Assembly: GCA_035494735.1 (NCBI GenBank)
Contig: DATJGS010000042.1
Span: forward strand, 35,177 to 99,176
Direction of reading: 5' to 3'
Origin: Candidatus Saccharimonadaceae bacterium
GTDB taxonomy: Bacteria > Eisenbacteria > RBG-16-71-46
DNA: 64,000 nt
Shown piece after piece: positions 1 through 12,165 of this stretch (within the stretch, counting starts at the first letter, position 1; each line of letters opens with the position of its first letter). Both the position numbers and the translations under genes were made by a program. The notes below the pieces were generated by a model. The model did no database searches. It saw only the letters and a program-made list of their open reading frames with translations, and was not told where the DNA came from.

Positions 1-2
1 GG

Positions 3-476
3 GTCAACCACCGGATCGACGACCGGTTGATCCACGGCCAGGTGGTCATCGCCTGGGGCGAGCATCTGAGGCCGCGGCGGCTGTGGGTCGTCGACGACCG
101 CTCGGCGGCGAACGCGTGGGAGCGCGACCTGCTGGCGAGCGCCGCTCCCGGCATCGACGTCCGCGTGCTCGGCGTGGCCGACGCCGCGGCCGGGTACGTC
201 GCGCTCGGCGTCGAGGCCGCGCCGGCCATGCTGCTGGTGCGCGACCTCGCGACCGCGCTCGCGCTCGTCGAAGCCGGCGCGCCCGTGCCCGCGTTCACGG
301 TGGGCGGGCTGCACTACGCGCCCGGCAAGGACAAGCTGAACGAGTACGTGTACCTGGACGCCGCGGATCGCGAGCGTGCTCGCGCGCTCCGCGCGCGCGG
401 CGTGCGGCTCGACGTGCAGGACGTGCCGGCCAGCCGCCCGCAGCCGCTCGACGCGCTCGATCCCTCGCTGGCCTGA
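3..476 (+). CDS. PTS mannose/fructose/sorbose family EIIB component (5' end lies outside the window)
   Basis: The frame is open from position 3 and reads VNHRIDDRLIHGQVV, the (R)IDDRLIHGQV signature carrying the phospho-His of mannose-family IIB. Confidence 0.92.
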   Translation, partial: VNHRIDDRLIHGQVVIAWGEHLRPRRLWVVDDRSAANAWERDLLASAAPGIDVRVLGVADAAAGYVALGVEAAPAMLLVRDLATALALVEAGAPVPAFTVGGLHYAPGKDKLNEYVYLDAADRERARALRARGVRLDVQDVPASRPQPLDALDPSLA

Positions 477-480
477 CCGC

Positions 481-2535
481 GTGGCCGCCCGACCCGCGCC
501 GCATCCCGTCACGCTCGTCCTCGTCGTCCACGATCACCAGCCCGTCGGGAACTTCGACGGCGTGATCGCGGAGGCCGTGGCCGACGCGTACGATCCGTTC
601 CTCGACTTCCTCGAGCGCCGCCCGTCCGTGCGCCTCGCGCTGCACGTCAGCGGCCCGCTGCTCGAGTGGCTGGCCGCGCACCGCCCCGATCACATCGGGC
701 GTTTGCGCGCGCGCGTCGCCGCGGGTCAGGTCGAGCCGTGGGGCGGCGGTTTCTACGAGCCGGTGCTGCCGGCGATCCCGGAGCACGACCGCCAGGGACA
801 GATCCGCGCGCTCGCCGAGTGGATCGAGCGGCACCTCGGCCGGCGCCCGACCGGGCTGTGGCTCACCGAACGCGTGTGGGAGCCGGGCCTGGCCAGCACG
901 CTGGCCGACGCCGGCGTCACGGTCACCGCCGTCGACGACGCGCATTTCGTGGCCGCCGGCTTCGCGCGCGACGCGCTGTGGGGTTCGTTCCTGACCGAGG
1001 ACCAGGGCCGTGTCCTCCACGTGCTGCCCATCCACCGCGAGCTGCGGTACGCGATCCCGTTCGAAGCGCCGGAGGCGACGCGCGACGTTCTGCACCGTGT
1101 CGCGTCGGGCGGGCCGGGACGCATGGCGGTGCTCGGTGACGACGGCGAGAAGTTCGGCGTGTGGCCGGGGACGCGCCAGCGGGTGTGGACGGAGGGCTGG
1201 CTCGACCGCTTCGCGGACATGCTCGAGGCCGCCCCGTGGATCCGCATCCGCACGCCGTCCGAAGCGCTCGCCGAGCATCCGCCGCTCGGGCTCGCGTACT
1301 TGCCGTCGGCCGCGTACCACGAGATGCAGGAGTGGGCGCAACCCGTCGAGGCGCAGCGCCGGCACCACGAGTCGGTCGAGCTGCTGACCGCGCGCTTCGG
1401 CGAGGAAGCCGCCGATCTCGTGCGCGGCGGCCACTGGCGCAATTTCTTCACGCGCTACCCCGAGGCGAATCGCATGCACAAGCGCGTCGTGCGCGCGTCG
1501 CGGCGCCTCGAAGCGCTCGGGGAGCGCGGGGCGGCGTGGGAGGAGGCGCGGCGCCACGTCTGGCGCGCGGAGTGCAACTGCCCGTATTGGCACGGCGTGT
1601 TCGGCGGGCTGTATCTGCCGCACCTGCGCGAGGCCGTGTACGCGGAGCTGATCGCGGCCGAGCGCTTCCTGTGCGGCGAGGGCGCACGCAGCGAACGCGG
1701 CGACCTCGACCTCGACGGCGCCGACGACGTGCTGCTCGAAAACCACGCGTGGGCCGCATGGATCTCGACGCGCGGCGGCGCGCTGTGGGGCTTCGACGAT
1801 CGCGAGTCGGGCTGCAACTATGCGGACACGCTGGCGCGCCGCGCCGAGGCGTATCACGCGGCGATCGCCGCCGCCGAAGTGGGAGGCGGCGAGGGGGCGA
1901 CGATCCACGGCGCGGTGCGCGTGACCGAGCCCGGCCTGGCCGCGGACGCGGCACGCCGCGACCCGGGCACGCTCGACCTGTTCGTCGAACACTGGAACGA
2001 AGGAACGAGCGACGCGACCTGGCGCGAGCGGCGCTTCGACGTGCGCGAGTTGTCCGCGACGGGGGTCGTGCTCGAGGCGGGGGAGGACGGGCGCCCGATG
2101 CTGCGCAAGCGTTTCGCTCCGGCGCCGAACGGGCTCGCGGTCGAACTGACGCTGCGATCGGCGGCCGCCCGGCACGGGCGACTGGACGTGGACCTGGCGC
2201 TCGGGCTGCACGTCCCCGACGCGCCGGACCGCTGGGTCGAGGTGAACGGGGTGCGCGTCACTCCCGCCGCGTTCGCGGCGCACGCGACGCACGACGCGGT
2301 GCGCTCGGCCGCGTTCCGCGACGCGTGGGCCGGGCGCCGCCTCGGCGTGAGCGTGGATCGCGAGGCGCGCCTCACGCGCGCGCCGATCCACACCGTGTCG
2401 CTCTCGGAGCGCGGCGCCGAGCGCGTGTTCCAGGGCCTCGAGACGCGCTGGAGCTTCGACGTGGCGCTGTCCCCGGGTGTGGCGTGGGCGGTGCGCTTCC
2501 TTCTGGAGCCGGCGCGCGAGCGGGGCGCGGCGTGA
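481..2535 (+). CDS. Glycoside hydrolase family 57, alpha-amylase/4-alpha-glucanotransferase type
   Basis: GTG at 481 follows the IIB stop. Motifs HDHQPVGNF, GLWLTERVWEP (nucleophile Glu), GDDGEKFG (acid/base Asp) and CNCPYWHGVFGGLYLPHLR are present. No signal peptide. Confidence 0.88.
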   Translation: MAARPAPHPVTLVLVVHDHQPVGNFDGVIAEAVADAYDPFLDFLERRPSVRLALHVSGPLLEWLAAHRPDHIGRLRARVAAGQVEPWGGGFYEPVLPAIPEHDRQGQIRALAEWIERHLGRRPTGLWLTERVWEPGLASTLADAGVTVTAVDDAHFVAAGFARDALWGSFLTEDQGRVLHVLPIHRELRYAIPFEAPEATRDVLHRVASGGPGRMAVLGDDGEKFGVWPGTRQRVWTEGWLDRFADMLEAAPWIRIRTPSEALAEHPPLGLAYLPSAAYHEMQEWAQPVEAQRRHHESVELLTARFGEEAADLVRGGHWRNFFTRYPEANRMHKRVVRASRRLEALGERGAAWEEARRHVWRAECNCPYWHGVFGGLYLPHLREAVYAELIAAERFLCGEGARSERGDLDLDGADDVLLENHAWAAWISTRGGALWGFDDRESGCNYADTLARRAEAYHAAIAAAEVGGGEGATIHGAVRVTEPGLAADAARRDPGTLDLFVEHWNEGTSDATWRERRFDVRELSATGVVLEAGEDGRPMLRKRFAPAPNGLAVELTLRSAAARHGRLDVDLALGLHVPDAPDRWVEVNGVRVTPAAFAAHATHDAVRSAAFRDAWAGRRLGVSVDREARLTRAPIHTVSLSERGAERVFQGLETRWSFDVALSPGVAWAVRFLLEPARERGAA

Positions 2536-3239
2536 ACGCGGCGCTGGCCGGCACGCTGCTCCTCGGCGGCATCGCGGCGCTGGACGCGACGCCCGTCGCC
2601 CAGACGCTGCTGTCGCAGCCGCTTGTGACGGCCACGCTCCTCGGAGCGTTCTGGGGCGACTGGCGCGTGGCGCTCGAAGTCGGGGCCGTGCTCCAGCTGC
2701 TGGCCGCGAGCACGCTGCCGTTCGGCTCGCGGACACCGGAGGATTACGCGACCGGCGGCGTCGTCGGCGCCGGGCTCGCGCTGCTGCTGGCCGCACGTTT
2801 CCCGTTCGAGATGTATCGCGAGGCGTGCGCGCTGGTCGGCGTGCTGGCCGGCATGTTGTCCGCGACGGGCGGCGTCGCGCTGCTCAAGTGGCAGCGGCGG
2901 CGCAACGAGGGGCTCGCGCGCTGGTGCGAAGCGGAACTGCGCGCCGGGCGCGAATCCGCGCTCGGCCGGGCGCACCTCGCGGCGGTGTGGATGGCGTTCG
3001 CGGTCGGTGTCGGCGCGGTCGCGGTGGGCCTCGGCGCCGGCGTGGCGCTGGCCTCGGGCGTCGTCGAGCACGAGTCGATCCGCCTGGCCAAGGCGTGGGC
3101 CCTGGCGCAGCCGTTGTGGATCGGGCTCGGGCTCGCGCAGCTGCTGCACGCGTTCGTGCAGCGCCGGCTCACGCGGGCCGCGCTGTTCGGCATGGCGCTC
3201 ATCGGCGGCTGGCTGGCGCTGATGGTGGGGAGGCCTTAG
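2532..3239 (+). CDS. PTS mannose-family EIIC component
   Basis: GTGA overlap with the GH57 stop. Hydrophobic protein with SQPLVTATLLG and LEVGAVLQLL, typical of the IIC N-terminus. The upstream part of the 1161 ORF is a frame artefact. Confidence 0.85.
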   Translation: MNAALAGTLLLGGIAALDATPVAQTLLSQPLVTATLLGAFWGDWRVALEVGAVLQLLAASTLPFGSRTPEDYATGGVVGAGLALLLAARFPFEMYREACALVGVLAGMLSATGGVALLKWQRRRNEGLARWCEAELRAGRESALGRAHLAAVWMAFAVGVGAVAVGLGAGVALASGVVEHESIRLAKAWALAQPLWIGLGLAQLLHAFVQRRLTRAALFGMALIGGWLALMVGRP

Positions 3240-3240
3240 C

Positions 3241-3990
3241 ATGGCGCGCCTCCGCTGGCGGGATCGCGTCCTCATGGCGCTGCGCGCCGAGCTTCTGCAG
3301 GCGACGTGGAACTACGAGCGCCAGCAGGGGCTGGGGTGGGCATGGAGCCTGGCGCCGGCGCTGCGCCGGCTGTTGCCCGATCGCGAAGCGCGCTGCGCGC
3401 GCCTCGTCGAGCACACCGCGTACTTCAACACGCAGCCGACGCTGGCATCGCTCGCGCTCGGGGCCGCGGCGCGTCTCGAAGAGGAGCGGGTCGCGGGCGG
3501 GGGTGCCGACGCGGAGAGCGTGCTGCGCGTCCGCAGCATGCTGGGCGCGTCGCTGGCCGCCCTCGGCGACCGGCTGTTCTGGCTGACGTTGCGCCCGTTC
3601 GCGGCCTGCCTGGGGGTTTGGGTCGCGCTGAACGGCGGGTGGCGGGGCGCGGTCGTGATGCTGCTGTGCTACAACGGGGTCCATCAGGTCATGCGCTTCT
3701 CGGGCATCGGGCTCGGGTATCGCCTGGGTCCCGCGGTGCTGGACGACGCCCTGCGCCGGCGACTGGATCGCCTGACGCGCGCCCTGTGCATGGGAGGCGC
3801 GATCATCGTCGGGGTGCTGGTGGCGGCGCTGCTGGTCCCGGGCGGCGAACCGCGGCCGCTGGTGTTCCAGGTGACGCTGACCGCCGGGCTCGGTCTGGGA
3901 TTCGTCGCGGCGCAGCGACCGCGGCCGTCGCCGACGCAGTGGGCGCTGGGCGCCGGAGTGCTGTGTCTGGCCGCCACGTGGTGGCGGTGA
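3241..3990 (+). CDS. PTS mannose-family EIID component
   Basis: LQATWNYERQQGLGW, HTAYFNTQP and SLAALGDRLFW are IID signatures. Confidence 0.9.
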   Translation: MARLRWRDRVLMALRAELLQATWNYERQQGLGWAWSLAPALRRLLPDREARCARLVEHTAYFNTQPTLASLALGAAARLEEERVAGGGADAESVLRVRSMLGASLAALGDRLFWLTLRPFAACLGVWVALNGGWRGAVVMLLCYNGVHQVMRFSGIGLGYRLGPAVLDDALRRRLDRLTRALCMGGAIIVGVLVAALLVPGGEPRPLVFQVTLTAGLGLGFVAAQRPRPSPTQWALGAGVLCLAATWWR

Positions 3991-4010
3991 GCGAGCCAGG
4001 GGAGGCAGGA

Positions 4011-4276
4011 TTGAGCGAGGCCGTGCTGCTGATTCGCAACCAGCTCGGATTGCACGCGCGGGCCTGTGCGCTGTTCGTGAAGACGGCGGCGAAGTTCAAG
4101 GCCGAGGTGTACGTGTCGCGAGACGACCTCGAGGTGAACGGCAAGAGCATCATGGGGGTCATGATGCTGGCCGCCGAGGAAGGCAGCACCATCAAGGTGC
4201 GCGCCGAAGGCCCCGACGCCGACGCCGCGGTGGCCGCGCTCACGGAACTGGTCGAGGGCAAGTTCGGAGGCGAGCC

Positions 4277-4280
<4 letters not shown>
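4011..4280 (+). CDS. ptsH: Phosphocarrier protein HPr
   Basis: NQLGLHARAC (His15) and VNGKSIMGVMMLAA (Ser46). A TTG start with GGAGG at 4001-4005 gives about 89 aa; GTG at 3987 is an alternative start. Confidence 0.93.
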
Positions 4281-6030
<1,750 letters not shown>

Positions 6031-6034
<4 letters not shown>

Positions 6035-7086
6035 GCGCGCTCGACGTGGTCCGCGCGCGTCTCGACGGCGCCGGCATGCTGGCGCGCATCGCCGCCCAGG
6101 CCGACGACGTGGAGCGCGCACTCGAGCGGCTCGGCGCCGAACCGTGGCCGGCACTCGAAGCGCCGGACCTGATCGCGGTCGGAGCGCTCGGCGGCTCGGC
6201 GATCGGCGCGGATCTGACGGCCGGGCTGTATGCCGACCAGATGCCGCGCCCCCTGTTGACCGTCCGTGAGTACCACTGGCCGGCGTGCGTGCGCGGCCAC
6301 GCGCTCGCCGTGCTCAGCTCGTACTCCGGCAACACCGAAGAGACGCTGGCCCTGTACCGGGAAGCCGGGACGCGCGGCGTGGATCGCGTCGCGCTCACGA
6401 CCGGCGGCACGCTCGGCGCGTGGTGCGCGCGCGACCGCGTCCCGGTGGCGAAGCTGCCGGGTGGATCGCCGCCGCGCGCCGCGCTGTTCTCGTCGTGGGT
6501 GCCGCTGACCGGCCTGCTCGCGCGCCTCGGCTGGGTGCCCGATCCGACCGCGGACTGGCGCGAAGCGGCGGGCGTCCTGCGCCGGGGCGCGCGGCGATTC
6601 GGGCCGGACGCCGACGACGAAGCGAACGAGGCGCTGGCCCTGGCCCGGGCCGTGCAGGGGCGCATGGTGTTCCTGTACGCCGGTTCCGAGCGGCTGGGCG
6701 CCGTGGTGACGCGGGTGAGGAATCAGCTCAACGAAAATGCTAAGCTGCTCGGCCATTCGGCAGTGGTCCCCGAGCTCAACCACAACGAAATCGTGGGGTG
6801 GGAGCGCCCGGGGCCGGTCCATGGGGCGGCGTCGCTGATCGTGTTGCGCGATCGCGAGGACTCGCCCGAGGTCGCGAAACGCCTCACGCTCACCGCGGAG
6901 TACGCGGGCGAGCACGGCGCCGCGGTGCACGAATGGACGTCGCAGGGCACGAGCCGGCTGGCGCGGCTGGCGTCGCTCATCCAGTTCGGGGACTACCTGA
7001 GCTTCTGGCTGGCGATGCTGAACGGAGTGGACCCGACGCCGATCGCCAGCATCGACTCGTTCAAGCGGCGGTTGGCCACGCCGTAG
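6031..7086 (+). CDS. Bifunctional phosphoglucose/phosphomannose isomerase (SIS domains)
   Basis: GTGA overlap with pts[37 protein letters not shown] and the C-terminal [12 protein letters not shown] match the PGI/PMI family. Confidence 0.88.
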
Positions 7087-7264
7087 CCTTTGCCGGATGT
7101 GGCAGCACCCCGCGTGCGGCTTGCGAGCCGGGCGCGGACGAGCGTTCGATCAGCGACGTGCGCTCGCGTTCATGTCGGAGTGGCCGATGCGACTGCCCGG
7201 TGGCGCGCATCGCCGAAACGAACCTCTCGAGACGTCGATCGAAAATCCATCGACAGGAGCCTGC

Positions 7265-8410
7265 ATGTCATCCCGTCACCTGTTCACCTCGGAGTCCGTC
7301 ACCGAAGGTCACCCCGACAAGATCGCCGACCAGATCTCGGACGCGGTGCTCGACGCCCTGATCGCGCAGGATCCGCAGAGCCGTGTGGCGTGCGAGACGC
7401 TCGTCACCACCGGCCTGGCCGTGGTCGCGGGCGAGATCTCGAGCCGGGCCTACGTCGAGATCCCGGAGCTCGTGCGCCGCGTGATCGGCGACATCGGCTA
7501 CGACAGCGCGGAATACGGCTTCGACAGCCACACGTGCGCCGTGATGCTGACCATCGACAATCAGTCGCCCGACATCGCCATGGGCGTGGATCGCGGCGGC
7601 GCCGGCGACCAGGGGCTGATGTTCGGCTACGCGTGCCGCGAGACGCCGGAGCTGATGCCGCTGCCGATCATGCTCGCGCACCGCATCACGCGGAAACTCG
7701 CCCAGGTGCGGCGCAACGGCCGCGTGCCGTACCTGCGCCCCGACGGCAAGTCGCAGGTCACGATCGAGTACATGGACGGGCGACCGGTGCGCATCGACAC
7801 CGTGGTCGTGTCCAGCCAGCACGCGGAAGGCGTGTCCCACGCGCGCATCGAGCGCGACATCATCCGCCACGTCGTGGGCCCGCTGCTGCCGAAGCGGCTC
7901 GTGAAGCGCGAGAAGCCGGTCAAGTATCACATCAATCCGACCGGCAGCTTCGTCAAGGGTGGCCCGATGGCCGACACCGGTCTCACCGGGCGCAAGATCA
8001 TCGTCGACACCTACGGCGGCGTGGGCAGCCACGGCGGCGGCGCGCTGTCCGGCAAGGATCCCAGCAAGGTGGACCGCTCCGCGTGCTACGGCGCCCGTTA
8101 CGTGGCCAAGAACCTGGTCGCATCGGGACTGTGCGACCGCTGCGAAGTGCAGATGGCGTACGCGATCGGCGTGCGCGAACCGGTCAGCATCATGGTGAAC
8201 AGTGAGGGCACGGGGAAGATCAGCGACGAGCGCCTGACCGCGCTCGTGCGCAAGCACTTCGACCTCACGCCGCAGGGGCTCATCAAGCACCTGAAGCTGC
8301 GCCGGCCGATCTACCGCGCGACCGCGGCGTACGGGCACTTCGGGCGGACCGAGGCGTCGTTCACGTGGGAGCGCACCGACAAGGCGAGGCTGCTGGCGCG
8401 CAGCGTGTGA
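7265..8410 (+). CDS. metK: S-adenosylmethionine synthetase
   Basis: [39 protein letters not shown] and [19 protein letters not shown] at 7255-7259. Confidence 0.97.
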   Translation: MSSRHLFTSESVTEGHPDKIADQISDAVLDALIAQDPQSRVACETLVTTGLAVVAGEISSRAYVEIPELVRRVIGDIGYDSAEYGFDSHTCAVMLTIDNQSPDIAMGVDRGGAGDQGLMFGYACRETPELMPLPIMLAHRITRKLAQVRRNGRVPYLRPDGKSQVTIEYMDGRPVRIDTVVVSSQHAEGVSHARIERDIIRHVVGPLLPKRLVKREKPVKYHINPTGSFVKGGPMADTGLTGRKIIVDTYGGVGSHGGGALSGKDPSKVDRSACYGARYVAKNLVASGLCDRCEVQMAYAIGVREPVSIMVNSEGTGKISDERLTALVRKHFDLTPQGLIKHLKLRRPIYRATAAYGHFGRTEASFTWERTDKARLLARSV

Positions 8411-8433
8411 CGCTCGCGTCGCGGCGTTGACTC

Positions 8434-8472
8434 GGCGGCCGGAGGTCCCCGCGACCCCGGCCGCCTCTTCTT
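8434..8472 (+). terminator. Putative intrinsic terminator after metK
   Basis: GGCGGCCGG/CCGGCCGCC stem with an inner GGTC/GACC pair, followed by TCTTCTT. Confidence 0.55.
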
Positions 8473-8491
8473 GAGACGAAACGGAGGGGCG

Positions 8492-9529
8492 ATGCGCATC
8501 CTCGTGCTGGGCGGCACGCGGTTCCTCGGGCGGGCCATCGTCGAGCGCGCGCTGGAACGCGGCGATCACGTCACGCTGTTCCATCGCGGCGCCGCGGGCG
8601 ATCCGTTCCCCGAGGTCGACCACGTGTTCGGCGACCGCGCGCACGATCTCGATCGGCTCGGGGTCGCGACCTGGGACGCGGTGTTCGACACGTCCGGCTT
8701 CGTGCCGCGCATCGTCCGGCTCGCGGCCGGGCGACTGGCCGGGCGCACGGCGCACTATTCGTTCGCCTCGACCATCTCCGTGTACGCGGATCCCGTGGCG
8801 CGCGGCGCCGACGAGTCCGCGCCGCTCGCCACGCTCGCCGATCCGAACACGGAGGACGTGGCGAGCGCGTACGGCGCGCTCAAGGCGGCGTGCGAGCGCG
8901 AGGTGGACGCGATCTTCGGCGAGCGCGCTCTGAGCGCGCGACTCGGACTCTTGGTCGGGCCGTTCGACTACACGGACCGCTTTCCGTACTGGGTGCGGCG
9001 CCTGCCGCAAGGCGGCGACGTGCTGATTCCCGACGCGCCGCGCGACCCGCTGCAGTTCGTGGACGCGCGCGACGTCGCGGCGTTCCTGCTCGCGGCCGCC
9101 GAGGCCGGGCGCGGCGGCGCCTGCAACGTGACCGGCCCCGACACGCCGCTCGACTTCGGAACGTTCCTCGAGCGCTGTCGCGCGGCGCTCGGCGTGGACG
9201 TCGCGTGGGCGCCCGTCGACGTCGCGTTCCTCGTCGAACACGGCGTCTCGGGCTGGATGGACGTGCCGCTGTGGCTGCCCGAGCCGAGCGGCATCCTGGA
9301 CGTCGACTGCGCGCGGGCCCGCGCGTTCGGACTCCGTTGCCGTCCGCTCGAGGACACCGTGCGCGATACGGCGCGCTGGCTGGCGTCGCGCGGCGCGGCG
9401 CCCGCGTCGCCGAGCCTCACGCCCGCGCGCGAGCGCGAACTCCTCGAGGCGTGGCGCGCGCGGGCCGGCGGTTCGCCGGGCGGCCCGGCGTCTCACAGCC
9501 CGTCGGCGGGGCTGTCCTCCAAGGTGTAG
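8492..9529 (+). CDS. NAD-dependent epimerase/dehydratase (extended SDR, isoflavone-reductase-like)
   Basis: MRILVLGGTRFLG Rossmann motif, YGALKAACE (YxxxK) and DRFPYWVRR. GGAGG RBS upstream. The 3' end overlaps the convergent ABM gene by 37 nt. Confidence 0.85.
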   Translation: MRILVLGGTRFLGRAIVERALERGDHVTLFHRGAAGDPFPEVDHVFGDRAHDLDRLGVATWDAVFDTSGFVPRIVRLAAGRLAGRTAHYSFASTISVYADPVARGADESAPLATLADPNTEDVASAYGALKAACEREVDAIFGERALSARLGLLVGPFDYTDRFPYWVRRLPQGGDVLIPDAPRDPLQFVDARDVAAFLLAAAEAGRGGACNVTGPDTPLDFGTFLERCRAALGVDVAWAPVDVAFLVEHGVSGWMDVPLWLPEPSGILDVDCARARAFGLRCRPLEDTVRDTARWLASRGAAPASPSLTPARERELLEAWRARAGGSPGGPASHSPSAGLSSKV

Positions 9530-9849
9530 GCGCGCTCGACGCGCGCCACGCGCACCACGTAGTCCTCGTACCAGCGCGCGCGGCCGGTGCGTTGGGCATC
9601 GCGGTGACGGGCCACGCGCTTCCAGGCACGGATCGCGTCCTCGCTCGCCCAGTAGCTGATGGTGATGCCCACGCCCTCGGCGTCGCGCACGCTCTCGACG
9701 CCCAGGTACCCGGGCTGCGCGGCCGCGAGGTCGGCCATGACGCGCGCGGTCTCGGCGTAACCCTCGGGGTCGGTCACCGTGCGTCGCGACGTGAACATCA
9801 CCGCCCAATAGGGCGGGGTGGGGGTGCGGGCGAGCGACTCGGGCGTCAC
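9493..9849 (-). CDS. Antibiotic biosynthesis monooxygenase (ABM) family protein
   Basis: PPYWAVMFTSRR, AAAQPGYLGVESVRD, GITISYWASEDAIRAWK and GRARWYEDYVVRVARVER. Confidence 0.85.
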   Translation of the reverse strand: MTPESLARTPTPPYWAVMFTSRRTVTDPEGYAETARVMADLAAAQPGYLGVESVRDAEGVGITISYWASEDAIRAWKRVARHRDAQRTGRARWYEDYVVRVARVERAYTLEDSPADGL

Positions 9850-10391
9850 GTTCGGCTCCTTTCACGGGACGAGGCGGGGGCGGAAGGCCGTCGCGGCTCG
9901 GCGGCAACGGCCAGCACACGATAACGGCGCGCCGGCGGCTCGGCCCAGGTCCACTCGGGGCCGCGCAGCGGGTCGCGGACTTCGAGAAACGTGAAGCGCC
10001 GCATTCCGGCGTCGGCCGACAGCAGTTCGCGCACGCCGTGCTCGCGCAGCAGCGCGGCGGTCTCGAAGCCGGGCGGCAGGCCGGGGGCCGGATCGGCGAA
10101 CGCCAGCGCCTCGCGCAGGGCCGCCGCATATCCGGGGCCCGGCGCCAGCGCACGCGCCCCGGGCGTGGCCAGCAGCTCGTCCACGAAGCCCAGCGCGTCC
10201 GCGGGCTGCAGCGCGCGGGCCACGGCATGGGGATGCGTGACCAGCTCCAGGAATTCGCGCACCGCGCTCCACGGCAGGGCCCACGGCCGGTCGCTCTCGG
10301 CCAGGCGCTCCAGCACTCGGGCGCAGCGCGCGTGCTCGGGCGCGAAACGGTTGACGGCGAACGCCAGGACGCTGGTGTCGACCGCGATCAC
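9846..10391 (-). CDS. VapC-like PIN-domain toxin
   Basis: MIAVDTSVL N-terminus, WALPWSAVREFLELVTHP and LREHGVRELLSAD. Coupled to an upstream RHH gene by a 4-nt overlap. Confidence 0.8.
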   Translation of the reverse strand: MIAVDTSVLAFAVNRFAPEHARCARVLERLAESDRPWALPWSAVREFLELVTHPHAVARALQPADALGFVDELLATPGARALAPGPGYAAALREALAFADPAPGLPPGFETAALLREHGVRELLSADAGMRRFTFLEVRDPLRGPEWTWAEPPARRYRVLAVAAEPRRPSAPASSRERSRT

Positions 10392-10618
10392 GCGTCCTCC
10401 GCCCCGGGGTCACGGCCCCGGGCGGCGCGCGGATCGACGAGGAACGGCCCCAGATCGTAGGAGGGCAGCGTGACTCGCGCGCGCCGCCCCGCGGTCGCGG
10501 CGAGCCCGAGGCGCAGCGTGCGCTCGACCACGGACGTCAGCGTGCGGCTTTCCGCCGCGGCGCGCCGGCGCAGCTCCGCGTGCAACGCGGCATCGAGGAT
10601 CAGGGTCGTACGCTTCAT
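10388..10618 (-). CDS. VapB-like ribbon-helix-helix antitoxin
   Basis: MKRTTLILDAALHAELRRRAAAESRTLTSVVERTLRLGL, followed by VTLPSYDLG. Small gene directly upstream of the PIN gene. Confidence 0.8.
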   Translation of the reverse strand: MKRTTLILDAALHAELRRRAAAESRTLTSVVERTLRLGLAATAGRRARVTLPSYDLGPFLVDPRAARGRDPGAEDA

Positions 10619-10641
10619 ATGCGAAAGCATAGCTTATGCGA
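10616..10641. promoter_or_regulatory. Putative vapBC operator
   Basis: TATGCGA direct repeats at 10618-10624 and 10635-10641 and inverted repeat GCATA-N3-TATGC at 10627-10639, overlapping the antitoxin start and a TATGCT -10-like box. Confidence 0.5.
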
Positions 10642-10670
10642 GTTCAGAAAGTCGACGCCAGATTTTCGAG

Positions 10671-12054
<1,384 letters not shown>

Positions 12055-12073
12055 CCGAACACGAGCGTTCGCC

Positions 12074-12116
12074 AACGCGGCCCCTCGCGCCACGCGGCGC
12101 GGGGGGCCGTGCGCGT
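12074..12116 (+). terminator. Putative terminator hairpin after ahcY
   Basis: GGCCCC(T)CGCGCC / GGCGCG(GG)GGGGCC stem; the U-tract is weak. Confidence 0.4.
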
Positions 12117-12165
12117 TCGCGGCCCCCAGTTGCGTGCGCGGCTCGCGCTCGCCTAGCGTGGCGCC

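Noticed and set aside
7087-7264. Known SAM riboswitch upstream of metK
   Set aside because: No SAM-I, II, IV or SAM-SAH core found by eye; kept only as an unassigned structured leader.
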